64,000 nucleotides of DNA from an uncultured Desulfurococcaceae archaeon (GTDB lineage Archaea > Thermoproteota > Thermoprotei_A > Sulfolobales > NBVN01): NCBI GenBank assembly GCA_964399035.1, contig CAYNPH010000048.1:9685-73684 (forward strand). Direction: 5' to 3'. Below are positions 21,495-30,744 of this stretch, piece by piece. The position numbers and the translations under genes are program-made. The notes under the pieces were generated by a model. It was not told where the DNA came from. It did no database searches and saw only the letters and a list, made by a program, of their open reading frames with translations. How positions within the stretch are numbered: position 1 is the first letter of the stretch; the number at the start of each line of letters is the position of its first letter.

Positions 21495-23541
21495 GCGGAC
21501 ATACGTAGGCGTAGACATAGTTAAGAGTGGCGGCAAAGCCCTTAACAAGTACGTCTACGCTATAGCGCTAGTTAAGAACGGCCGAGTGCTTAAGGTAGAT
21601 AGAGGCAACCTTGGCCGGTTAGTGAGGTACCTGTGGGATTACAGACCCGCAACGCTTGCAACGGACAACATCCTTGAATTAGGGGGCTCCAAAAGGAACT
21701 TAGTTCGAATACTGAAGCTCGTACCACCGGACACGGAGTTCATTCAGGTAACGTTAGAAGGGCAGACCCTCATGAACTTAAGACGTGTAGCCAGCATAGC
21801 GGGCATGGAACTCGATAAAGGTAAGCTGAACCCCGCCAAGACAGCAGTCCTCGTTGCAACCCTAGCATGGAGTGGGTACGGAGAAAGACTAGACGTTTAC
21901 GAAAGGAAGGTCAGGATAAACGTATTCAAGGGTAGGTCTGGTCATGCGGGAGGCTCGCGCGCGGGCAAATTCCAGAGAAATCTTCGGGGAGCCGTAGCGC
22001 GAATGGTTAAGAAGCTTAGGGAGGAATTAGAGCGCCGCGGATTCGATTACGACGTAATGATTCGCCGTAGTAAGGGAGGGGTTGAACAGGCCGTATTTAC
22101 CGTATATGCATCGAGGGAAGAGCTATTCGGTGTTGTAAAGAGAGTTAAAGGCTACGATGTTGAAGTGAGGATAAAACCTGTCATAAGTAGGAAGTTCCTC
22201 AAGTTAGTCGCGCCGCAGGAGATCCCTAAGAAGTACCTCATAGTTGGTTACGATCCTGGAATGCAGGTCGGCCTAGCTGTAATAGACTTAGACATGAAGC
22301 CCCACCTAATAACATCCGGGCGTGAGCTTGATCGAGGGGAGATACTCTCGAAACTCACGAGTATAGGCATACCTGTTATAGTAGCTACCGATAAGAACCC
22401 ACCACCCGAGATGGTCAGAAAACTTGCGGCGATGTTGAACGCCCAGCTATTCGTGCCTCCACGGTCACTCTCTACAAGCGAGAAGGAAATACTGGTGTCA
22501 GAGTACAGCCGCTCGTACAGTGTGGCGGTCAAGAATACACATGAGCGTGACGCACTTTCCGCGGCGTTGAAGGCATATAGGTTCTACCAAGATAAGCTGG
22601 ACAAGCTGGTGAAGAAAATCAGGAGTATGGGGCTCTCCGTAAAGAATCTACAGAAATATAAGGTACGAATACTGATGAATGAGCCCCTAAGCGCGATAAT
22701 CGAGGATATAATTAACGACTATATTAAGCCAGTCGATTCCTCAGTAACTTCATTAAGAAAGCAAGCCCCGCTAACGTTGCCACATCAAGCTCACGAGATC
22801 TCTAAATATACTGAGAAGATCAGAGAGCTTGAACGACGTGTGGATGAATTGCTTCGAGAGCGTGAAATTCTGAAGAGTAAGGTTAGAGATTCTGAAGTCC
22901 GCATTAAGGAACTAGAGCATAGTGTGCGAACGTTAACGGAATCCATGAACGAAAAAATTGCTAGGGATAGGAAGGTTAGCGAGCTCCTGACAAGGCTCAA
23001 GAATGCCTCGCAGAGAATTGAGGAACTAGAGCACAAAGTGCTTAGTTTGAAGGAAAGATTAACCTCCGTGGGTAAAGTTCTTGAACGCGTATTCGCGGGC
23101 GAATTAACGCTCCTACCGCGCTACGGAGTCAAGTACGTAGTGAGTGATGACAAGTTAAGGGCAGTGTTCGTTAACGATCCGCGTCAAATATTTTCGGTCG
23201 GTACTGTAGGTAACCTAGCCTCGAGGGAAGTTGTATTGCCGCCGGGTCATGAGAAAGACTCCAAACTCCTCGTAAAGGAGTACCTAATACCAGCAACAAC
23301 AGCCCGGGAAGTATGGGACGTGAGTCCAAGCTTAGTCGCTGTGGACTCCGAGACACTTAGCAGATTGCGCGCGGCTGAGGAGGAGGTCGCGAGAATTAAG
23401 GAAGAGATGATGAGACAAAGGGAGCTAACCTATGCAGATCTGGAAGCCATCTTGAAAGAATATCGGGAGTCCCGCCTATCAACCTCACTGAATGCGTCCA
23501 AGGTAAAGCACCTTGAAGGTTATGTAAGAGAGCACGATTGA
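21439..23541 (+). CDS. DUF460-like archaeal protein: RNase H/RuvC-like folds plus a long coiled coil
   Basis: YVGVDIV near the N-terminus, a second LIVGYDPGMQVGLAVIDLD motif, and a heptad-rich segment 22790-23040. The start is uncertain: the ORF is open from 21328, and ATG 21439 lies inside rio2. Confidence 0.6.
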   Translation: MSRGPSSTSGEKQRSCGHERTYVGVDIVKSGGKALNKYVYAIALVKNGRVLKVDRGNLGRLVRYLWDYRPATLATDNILELGGSKRNLVRILKLVPPDTEFIQVTLEGQTLMNLRRVASIAGMELDKGKLNPAKTAVLVATLAWSGYGERLDVYERKVRINVFKGRSGHAGGSRAGKFQRNLRGAVARMVKKLREELERRGFDYDVMIRRSKGGVEQAVFTVYASREELFGVVKRVKGYDVEVRIKPVISRKFLKLVAPQEIPKKYLIVGYDPGMQVGLAVIDLDMKPHLITSGRELDRGEILSKLTSIGIPVIVATDKNPPPEMVRKLAAMLNAQLFVPPRSLSTSEKEILVSEYSRSYSVAVKNTHERDALSAALKAYRFYQDKLDKLVKKIRSMGLSVKNLQKYKVRILMNEPLSAIIEDIINDYIKPVDSSVTSLRKQAPLTLPHQAHEISKYTEKIRELERRVDELLREREILKSKVRDSEVRIKELEHSVRTLTESMNEKIARDRKVSELLTRLKNASQRIEELEHKVLSLKERLTSVGKVLERVFAGELTLLPRYGVKYVVSDDKLRAVFVNDPRQIFSVGTVGNLASREVVLPPGHEKDSKLLVKEYLIPATTAREVWDVSPSLVAVDSETLSRLRAAEEEVARIKEEMMRQRELTYADLEAILKEYRESRLSTSLNASKVKHLEGYVREHD

Positions 23542-24417
23542 GAGGGTCAGCGGCAATACCCAGCTAAGCATAATGTACGTCGCTACCCTACGCCTACTTA
23601 TCAACCTGAGCCTCATAGCTAGTGCTGTCCCCAACATGCCGGAAAATATTGAGATAGACATTGGGAGCGGTATGGAGAACTGAGTACCTATCTCGGTCAG
23701 TATTAAAGTTGAAACGTAGGGAGCTACTGAGCTAGTGTACCTTAATCCATAGAATCCGGAACCCAGCTTAGTAACTCCGCGTCGACCTTGAATCACCAGA
23801 ACACCTACAACTATACCGGATATCGTGAGTGCCATGGTGAGCAAGTCACCCGCACTCTGACCAGCAAACGCAACTACAAAGCCTATGGTGTTCGCACCCA
23901 GGGTGTAGGCAGTGATAAACACCATTACTATGCTCGCAAGCTTAAGTGCAAGTAAATTACTGATTACCCCTGTTTTCCGTGAAGCTACAAGCTTAACGAA
24001 GAGAAAGGCTACTATAACAGACGATAGGAAAGTCACGCACCAGAAACCCAGTATCTTAAGGATATCACCCGTCGCTTCGAAACCATATGTGAGCAAGTAA
24101 CCTATGTAAATACCAACAAAGACCTGCGTTATGGACGTGACGAAGCCGCTGACTGTGAGCATCACCAGTATGGTTATTGCCAGAATGAATGATACTTCTA
24201 TAGCGTTCCTCGGGAGGCTCACTCCCCCCAAGAACTTCCAACCCTCGAGCAAGTACCCTAAGCTAAGGCCAGCTATTGCTAAAGCGGAGATCGTGGTTCG
24301 CCTCAATATCCTAGAACCTGCGGCTGGCCCAGCAATGACACCCATATTATTTCCAACAGCTATTGCCACGGTTATTAGTAGCAGTACTTGAAGCACCGCC
24401 TGCATGGTACTCACCAA
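23485..24417 (-). CDS. PiT-family inorganic phosphate transporter
   Basis: Polytopic membrane protein of 310 aa, paired with an upstream DUF47/PhoU-like gene as is usual for PiT. Confidence 0.8.
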   Translation of the reverse strand: MVSTMQAVLQVLLLITVAIAVGNNMGVIAGPAAGSRILRRTTISALAIAGLSLGYLLEGWKFLGGVSLPRNAIEVSFILAITILVMLTVSGFVTSITQVFVGIYIGYLLTYGFEATGDILKILGFWCVTFLSSVIVAFLFVKLVASRKTGVISNLLALKLASIVMVFITAYTLGANTIGFVVAFAGQSAGDLLTMALTISGIVVGVLVIQGRRGVTKLGSGFYGLRYTSSVAPYVSTLILTEIGTQFSIPLPMSISIFSGMLGTALAMRLRLISRRRVATYIMLSWVLPLTLSIVLSYITFKVLYLGRIQ

Positions 24418-24462
24418 CTACCGTATCCGTCATGACGCATCGAATTTCACTGGGGGACTTCG

Positions 24463-25137
24463 CTAGTATCGCATCGAACTAATAACCCTAATCAGTAAAT
24501 GTGAGGCATCCTCGCACGCATCCACGATAGTATCCAGGCTCTTAATCATCTCAAGCAAGTGGTTAAAGGTTATGGCGTTTATCTCAGGACCTAAGCTATA
24601 TAGTTTATCTAGGATAGCGTTCTTCATCTCATCGACCCTATCCTCATAAACGTCAATTATGTCATCTAGCTCCTGGAGCTTATTAAAGTCCTCGAGAGCA
24701 ATTTCTAACTCCTTCTCAAGTGTTTCTAGAGCCTTAGTTGCAATTACAGTTACCTTGAGTATCTCCTTGTACATGCTTCTCGCGTGTTCTGTTCTGTATA
24801 TTCCGGTTCTAAAGGCCCTGCCGTACTCCATCGCTATGAAGTATGTTAGGTCAAGTATGTCATCTATCCTGTCTATTAGGAACTCTATATCACCCAAGAG
24901 CGCCACAGGCACCGCACCATGGGTCACCATTTCCGTTAGTTCAGCCGCTATTTTATCGCCATGTTTTTCGTAAGTTATTACTTCGACTATCAGGGACTCC
25001 ATCTCATGATCTTTTATGTCGCCCTTAAGTAATTTCTCCACAATCAGCATAGACTTTAACGAGAGATCCACATGCTTCGCTAGCTTACTGAACAATTCCT
25101 CCTCGCCGGATAACAGTAGCTTCTTGAATAGCTTCAT
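24463..25137 (-). CDS. PhoU-like phosphate transport regulator (DUF47 family)
   Basis: All-helical 224-aa protein directly upstream of the PiT gene. The repeat-helix pattern is typical of DUF47. Confidence 0.75.
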   Translation of the reverse strand: MKLFKKLLLSGEEELFSKLAKHVDLSLKSMLIVEKLLKGDIKDHEMESLIVEVITYEKHGDKIAAELTEMVTHGAVPVALLGDIEFLIDRIDDILDLTYFIAMEYGRAFRTGIYRTEHARSMYKEILKVTVIATKALETLEKELEIALEDFNKLQELDDIIDVYEDRVDEMKNAILDKLYSLGPEINAITFNHLLEMIKSLDTIVDACEDASHLLIRVISSMRY

Positions 25138-25224
25138 TTCGCCACACCACGCGGTAAAGTATATTGCCTCCTCAATTTATAAAGACGCTAGGGGCCACGC
25201 ATGGGGAAGCGCCGTAGGAAGTTA

Positions 25225-25539
25225 ATGTTTAAGAAAGAGTACGGGGAGGGCATAGTTAAGGGGTCGAAGACATCAACGATAAGACTCTCCAGCACCCTCA
25301 AGAAGGGAGATGAAGTTGAGATAGTTGCTGGCAGGGTTCGACTAGGGGTTGCTAAGATTGAGGATGTTGAAGTAAAGAAGGTTCGTGAGTTAACAGATGA
25401 GGATGCCAGAACCGATGGCTTTAAGAATAGGGAGGAGCTTGTAAAGGCCCTTAAAAGGATTTATGGGAGCAGGATTACAGACAGGACTGAGGTTAAACTC
25501 ATAAGGTTTCGCATGATTAAAGACGATGAAGAACAGTAA
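25225..25539 (+). CDS. ASCH-domain protein
   Basis: GSKTSTIRL...KGDEVEIV pattern of the ASCH/PUA-like fold. TATA-like TTTATAAA at about 25181 favours ATG 25225 over 25201. Confidence 0.6.
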   Translation: MFKKEYGEGIVKGSKTSTIRLSSTLKKGDEVEIVAGRVRLGVAKIEDVEVKKVRELTDEDARTDGFKNREELVKALKRIYGSRITDRTEVKLIRFRMIKDDEEQ

Positions 25540-25560
25540 TTAACTTAATTTACCTTCATT

Positions 25561-25962
25561 TCACATTGTAAACCTTATGTATGCTATACTGGACTTAGGG
25601 ACTATGTACCCCTTATCCTCTACCCTGAATCCTAGTTCGTACTTTGTAACCTTCATTAACTTCCCCTGAAAGCTTAGCCCATTTACTAAGTATACCTCCA
25701 CATCGCTTCCCACCATGTCAGAATCTATGACTGTGTCCCTCAGCTGCTCGTTGCTGTATCCGTGTAGTTCAGTGGCCTCAGCAACGGCATATAGCATTGC
25801 ATGTCTAAAGATCACCACTGGTAAGCCCTCTGACCGAACACCTATTTCGTACCTAGCTACCTCATCTATTAATCCCTTGATTGGCTCATCCTTCCCCATA
25901 ACATAGATAGTTACTTCCCGACCAACGAATCTCGCATCTATCAAGTTCTCTCTGAGAGGCAT
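25561..25962 (-). CDS. tandem Sm/Hfq-like domain protein
   Basis: Two internally homologous halves. Half 2 has VEVYLVNGLSFQGKL (compare Hfq IYLVNGIKLQGQI). Half 1 has VVIFRHAMLYAV (compare Hfq MVYKHAISTVV). Confidence 0.6.
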   Translation of the reverse strand: MPLRENLIDARFVGREVTIYVMGKDEPIKGLIDEVARYEIGVRSEGLPVVIFRHAMLYAVAEATELHGYSNEQLRDTVIDSDMVGSDVEVYLVNGLSFQGKLMKVTKYELGFRVEDKGYIVPKSSIAYIRFTM

Positions 25963-26043
25963 TTCCTAACGCACCACTAGCTATTCTTAAGTCAACTATA
26001 ATAAGCTGTGTTGTTTGCATAGGTATTGGGCTATGCCGGAAAA

Positions 26044-26107
26044 GTCGATGATGAATTGTAGCGGTATGATTAAGTAACTTAATGATTAGGCTGAGCTACT
26101 CTGAGAC
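26044..26107 (+). ncRNA. candidate C/D box sRNA, partly antisense to the 3' end of CDS 26079..26906
   Basis: C AUGAUGA 26048-54, D'-like AUGA 26066-69, C'-like AUGAUUA 26082-88, 12-nt spacer, D CUGA 26101-04. A 3-bp terminal stem GUC/GAC is possible. Confidence 0.4.
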
Positions 26108-26906
26108 TCTCTTGTACTTCCCTGCCAGTTATCATCAGTGTGAGTGAAGTCATAGTTTCGACGAACTTAAACATGAGTTCAGGGTGATGTTCAGAGAAGT
26201 CTGCCGAAATGTTCTTTAGTATTGGGTTGATGCACCCCTCTTCAACTGCACGAATACTGGGTGATGCGCTGTCATTCAAATCATCAAGTATTCCCTTAAA
26301 GAACGCGTATGCGTATACGTCCTGACGTAGTATGTTGCTCATGGGATGTGCTATGACACTCTGCCCAACAACTCTGGGTAACGGACTGACCTCCCTCGTT
26401 AGCGTTACGTCAGCAAGAAGAGATTGGAGCTGAATCTCGAAAAAGTCACTTAAGGTTAGAGGCGTCAGAACAGCGTCAATTCTGAAACCTATGTTCCGTA
26501 GCCACGGTGTAAGGGAGTTTATGATTCCCGGTAAGCTGAAGGGCTTTATTTTCTCTTCCGCCTTAACAGTAAGGTGAATTAAGGGTATCCTTCGTGCTAG
26601 CTTTGCACGCATAGCCTGTGATACTGTGTGATCAAAAACAAGAACTAGTACGTGGCCCCCATGCCTCTCCTCGATTAGGTTAATTATCTCTGCTAACACT
26701 AGACTCTCTACGATTCTTTCCTTTAAAGCAAGTACAGCAACTAATGCGCCGTGCCTTAACCTTACAGACCTGGAGATCCCTTTCCTAACTCTTTTGACTA
26801 AGGACCTACTTAAGCAGTAAGCGCATAACCTCTCTCCCGAGTCCCGTCTACGATATACGGCAGGTCTCCGCTTGCATACGTCACATAGCTTTACGCCAAC
26901 GTTCAA
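26079..26906 (-). CDS. TtuA/NcsA-like PP-loop ATPase paralog with a degenerate PP-loop
   Basis: N-terminal CxxC..CxxC finger and collinear resemblance to tRNA thiolases. LALKER stands where SGGKDS is expected. Confidence 0.55.
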   Translation of the reverse strand: MNVGVKLCDVCKRRPAVYRRRDSGERLCAYCLSRSLVKRVRKGISRSVRLRHGALVAVLALKERIVESLVLAEIINLIEERHGGHVLVLVFDHTVSQAMRAKLARRIPLIHLTVKAEEKIKPFSLPGIINSLTPWLRNIGFRIDAVLTPLTLSDFFEIQLQSLLADVTLTREVSPLPRVVGQSVIAHPMSNILRQDVYAYAFFKGILDDLNDSASPSIRAVEEGCINPILKNISADFSEHHPELMFKFVETMTSLTLMITGREVQESLRVAQPNH

Positions 26907-26913
26907 GAGGACC

Positions 26914-27243
26914 TTATACCTCCAGGATATCTAGTCGATCCTCCTTCAGCACCATACGTAACTTGTTCTTGAACTCCTCAAATGACGCGTCAGTAAGACC
27001 CTGAGCTATTATACTCATTAACTCCATGACGTAGGGATTCAGGTAGTCTGGCCCCTCAATAATTTCCTCCCTTAATGTGTCGAAATACTCCTGCAGGTTC
27101 TCGGCACTCACGAGTCTATGTTTCCATAGATACGCAGCGTAGCCACAAAGCAATGCAATGAAGAAGTTAGCGCTATCTATGTCTCCTTTCTCAAGTACCT
27201 CCCGCTCATATGATTCTAATACTGACTCAATGCTTGGGAGCAT
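26914..27243 (-). CDS. hypothetical helical protein
   Basis: 109-aa ORF 7 nt upstream of, and co-oriented with, the PP-loop-like gene. Confidence 0.45.
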   Translation of the reverse strand: MLPSIESVLESYEREVLEKGDIDSANFFIALLCGYAAYLWKHRLVSAENLQEYFDTLREEIIEGPDYLNPYVMELMSIIAQGLTDASFEEFKNKLRMVLKEDRLDILEV

Positions 27244-27305
27244 GAAATATTCCCGCCACCCCCTACATGGGAGGGGTAATTAAAGCTTTCGGTTACCCTG
27301 TTCCT

Positions 27306-27319
27306 AAAGTTTATATAGA
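27306..27319 (+). promoter_or_regulatory. TATA box of the thermosome gene
   Basis: AAAGTTTATATAGA ends about 22 nt before ATG 27339, which is spacing for a leaderless mRNA. Confidence 0.55.
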
Positions 27320-27338
27320 AGTGGTTCTCCTAGAACTA

Positions 27339-29042
27339 ATGGGTGAGCTCATGACTGCACTCTATGGAGTTCCTGTAGTGATACTGAAGGAGGGAACTCA
27401 GAGGACATATGGGCGTGAGGCCCTAAGGAACAACATCATAGCCGCTAGGGCGCTGGCAGAGGTTCTGAAAACCAGCCTAGGCCCTAGAGGTCTAGACAAG
27501 ATGCTCGTAGATTCATTCGGCGATATCACCGTAACTAATGATGGTGCCACGATAGTTAAGGAGATGGAGGTACAGCACCCAGCCGCTAAACTCCTGGTGG
27601 AATCAGCTAAGGCAGTTGATGCTGAGGTTGGTGACGGTACCACATCAGTTGTGGTTCTCGCGGGCGAGTTACTTGGTAAGGCAGAAGCGTTACTCGACCA
27701 GAACATACACCCGACAATAATAATTGAGGGCTACAAGAAAGCCATGAACAAAGCCCTAGAGATACTTGATGAGATAGGCACTAAGCTAGAAGTTGGCGAT
27801 ATCGAGACGAAAGAAGGTTACGAGAAGACCAAGAAGTCACTATACCGCGTAGTCTACTCAACCTTAGCGAGCAAGTACTTAGCGACACCGGACTTAATCG
27901 ATATGATGATTAACATAGCGATCGATGCTGCCCTTCGAGTAGCTGAGAAGAGATCTGACGGAACCTACAATGTCAGGCTTGACAACGTGAAGATCGAGAA
28001 GAAGAAGGGTGCGTCCTTAGCTGATACTAAGTTGATTTATGGTATTGTGTTGGATAAGGAGGTTGTGCATCCTGGCATGCCTAGGAGGGTTGAGAACGCT
28101 AAGATAGCGCTAATCGACGCACCACTAGAAATAGAGAAACCCGACATAACCGCTAAGATAAACATAACGTCGCCAGAGCAGATCAAGATATTCTTAGACG
28201 AGGAAACTAGGATGCTTAAAGAGATGGTTGAGAAGATTGCTGCTACTGGCGCTAACGTCGTGATTTGTCAGAAGGGCATTGACGACGTGGCACAGCACTT
28301 CCTAGCAAAGAAAGGAATCCTAGCAGTAAGAAGAGTAAAAAGATCAGACATGGAGAAGCTCAAGCGCGCAACGGGAGGAAGGATAGTTACCAGCATAAGG
28401 GACCTATCGCCTGAGGATCTGGGCTACGCAGAACTCGTAGAGGAGCGCCGCGTCGGCAACGATAAGATGGTGTTCATAGAGGGTTGCAGGAACCCGAAGG
28501 CCGTGACAATACTGGTGCGCGGCTCAAGTGACATGGTGCTGGACGACACTGAGAGATCCTTCAACGACGCACTACATGCGATCAGGAATGTGCTAAGGGA
28601 TCCGAAGATTGTGCCGGGCGGTGGAGCGGTGGAGGTCGAGCTAGCGCTAAGGTTAAGGAAGTGGGCTGAAACCGTCGGTGGTAAGGAGCAACTAGCCATA
28701 CAGGCGTTTGCTGATGCGCTAGAGGAGATAGTGTCCGTCCTAGCACAGACAGCTGGTCTAGACCCGCTGGAGACCGTGATGGAGCTAAGGAGACTCCACA
28801 GCGAGGGTAAGCTGAACGCCGGCATCGACGTAATGAACGGCAAAGTAACCGAGGATATAGAGCAGATACACGTAATAGATCCAGTGATTGTGAAGAAACA
28901 GGTGATAAAGGCGGCGACTGAGGCAGCAGCAGCGATACTGAAGGTCGACGATATAATAGCCGCCACTCCGCTTAAGAAGGAAGAAGAGAAAGGCAAGAAA
29001 GGTGGAGAGGAAGAGGAGACGAGCAAATTCAGCTTTGACTGA
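27339..29042 (+). CDS. ths: thermosome subunit (group II chaperonin)
   Basis: [25 protein letters not shown] and VPGGGAVE motifs. The ORF opens at 27267, but TATA spacing favours ATG 27339 or 27351. Confidence 0.95.
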   Translation: MGELMTALYGVPVVILKEGTQRTYGREALRNNIIAARALAEVLKTSLGPRGLDKMLVDSFGDITVTNDGATIVKEMEVQHPAAKLLVESAKAVDAEVGDGTTSVVVLAGELLGKAEALLDQNIHPTIIIEGYKKAMNKALEILDEIGTKLEVGDIETKEGYEKTKKSLYRVVYSTLASKYLATPDLIDMMINIAIDAALRVAEKRSDGTYNVRLDNVKIEKKKGASLADTKLIYGIVLDKEVVHPGMPRRVENAKIALIDAPLEIEKPDITAKINITSPEQIKIFLDEETRMLKEMVEKIAATGANVVICQKGIDDVAQHFLAKKGILAVRRVKRSDMEKLKRATGGRIVTSIRDLSPEDLGYAELVEERRVGNDKMVFIEGCRNPKAVTILVRGSSDMVLDDTERSFNDALHAIRNVLRDPKIVPGGGAVEVELALRLRKWAETVGGKEQLAIQAFADALEEIVSVLAQTAGLDPLETVMELRRLHSEGKLNAGIDVMNGKVTEDIEQIHVIDPVIVKKQVIKAATEAAAAILKVDDIIAATPLKKEEEKGKKGGEEEETSKFSFD

Positions 29043-29128
29043 AAGCCAAAACGTGTTTTAAAGAGTACATCCGCACACCTCCCATAATGCTTTATTACCC
29101 AAACAGGTAGAATCAGGTAGTGTTGAGT

Positions 29129-29440
29129 ATGAAGGAAAAAAGCGCAATTGTTTCCCTAATCAAGCAGGCTGGGATCAGGACAGGCCCCCTCAAACTGACG
29201 AGGTACGAAAAGGCTCGGATAGTCGCTGCTAGAGCCTTACAACTTGATCTTGGGGCGATACCGTTAATCGACATCGCTAACTTACCAAAAGATCCTATAG
29301 AAATAGCTAAGGAAGAACTAAGGAGAGGGGTTCTACCGATAACTTTAGTCCGTAGGAAACCAAGTGGGGAGGAGGAGCTGATACCTGTCACAAAGTTAAT
29401 AGAGCTTGAAAGGAAGCTCTTTGGATTTATTGAACTTTAG
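29129..29440 (+). CDS. rpoK: RNA polymerase subunit Rpo6 (RpoK)
   Basis: LTRYEKARIVAARALQL and LPITLVRRKPSG motifs. Confidence 0.85.
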   Translation: MKEKSAIVSLIKQAGIRTGPLKLTRYEKARIVAARALQLDLGAIPLIDIANLPKDPIEIAKEELRRGVLPITLVRRKPSGEEELIPVTKLIELERKLFGFIEL

Positions 29441-29539
29441 ATAAAATCGACGTATTTTCTAAAAATTGCACCACCAACGAATATCTAGTGCTTTAACATC
29501 TGTATCCTGACGAAAAGGCGTAACGGGCAAAGCATACTC

Positions 29540-30733
29540 ATGTATAAGGTGGAGGTCTTGGAGAAGGGGAATGACGTATTTAAGAGATTGAGTGATCTTG
29601 AGGCGAAGATCAGCGAGTCATTTGAGTTCACGGAATATGTTCGGGATCCGCGGGGGCGTTATGTTGAATACTTAGTAGATCCCAAACCAGGTGTGGATGT
29701 GGAGGAGGGTTTTTCTAGGGTTTATGATGAGGCGGTTAGGCTAGGATATTACGTGATACTTACTAAGACGGGCTCAACGTTAGTGTTGCGTGCCCTCCTC
29801 AATCCTAGTGGGCTAAGGGAGCGCAGAAGGACGCTAGCTGTAACTTTATTTATTGCCACGGTGGTCTCCGTAAGTGTTACGGGATATATTCAGACAGTAG
29901 CATATAATGACATTGTGTATAGGCTTCATTCCCTAGGAGTGAATGTACCCCCGTTTAACCCTGTCATGGGCGCGCTTGTCTTCACAGCAGCCGTCCTTAT
30001 TCCGATTCTAGCTCATGAGTTAGGCCATTTCCTTATCGCTAGGAGGACTTCGACACCAGCTACTTTTCCGTTGCCAATACCTGCGCCCATAATCTCGCCC
30101 TTAGGAACTTTTGGTGCGATAATACAAATGCGTCACTTGCCGAAGAGATTGAGAGACTTAGCATACCTAGGGATTGCCGGGCCACTTACTGGAGTGATTC
30201 TAGCAATAGTGTTCTTTACAATCTCATACGTGACTTCGCCAGCGATTTCTCTAAGTTCAGCTAGCGTTGCGGTGAAGCATGGGCTCCTAGCACCTGTTCA
30301 GATCGTACCGCTCTCAACGCTTGCAGTGTCTTTCATGGTAGCGCATTTAACAGCCTCAGGCGAGAAGGTAATTATAATGAATCCTGCCGCATACGCAGCC
30401 TTCCTAATACTGCTCATACATTTCGCAAATCTGTTACCTATAGGTCAGCTAGACGGCGGACACGTTTTTAGGTCATTAACTAATGTGAAAGTGCATAGAG
30501 CCTTCTCTTTAATATCCACGTTATTGCTTGTCCTTGCGTCTTTCATAGTGTACCAGCTTAGCTGGCTCGGTTTTTTTGCAATCCTAGCGTTCATGCTCAC
30601 GGGGCTAAGACCTCATTATGGATCAGCGAACATGTTATCGAAATTGAAGAGACGTGATAAATTCTTAGTAGGTCTTACATATGTCGTGCTCTTGGCGCTA
30701 ACCACCCCCATCCCTGTTCCAGCCTCTCTTTAA
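29540..30733 (+). CDS. M50-family (site-2 protease type) membrane metalloprotease
   Basis: HELGHFLIARR zinc motif, NLLPIGQLDGGHV motif and multiple TM segments. Confidence 0.8.
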   Translation: MYKVEVLEKGNDVFKRLSDLEAKISESFEFTEYVRDPRGRYVEYLVDPKPGVDVEEGFSRVYDEAVRLGYYVILTKTGSTLVLRALLNPSGLRERRRTLAVTLFIATVVSVSVTGYIQTVAYNDIVYRLHSLGVNVPPFNPVMGALVFTAAVLIPILAHELGHFLIARRTSTPATFPLPIPAPIISPLGTFGAIIQMRHLPKRLRDLAYLGIAGPLTGVILAIVFFTISYVTSPAISLSSASVAVKHGLLAPVQIVPLSTLAVSFMVAHLTASGEKVIIMNPAAYAAFLILLIHFANLLPIGQLDGGHVFRSLTNVKVHRAFSLISTLLLVLASFIVYQLSWLGFFAILAFMLTGLRPHYGSANMLSKLKRRDKFLVGLTYVVLLALTTPIPVPASL

Positions 30734-30744
30734 GGCTGATTATT

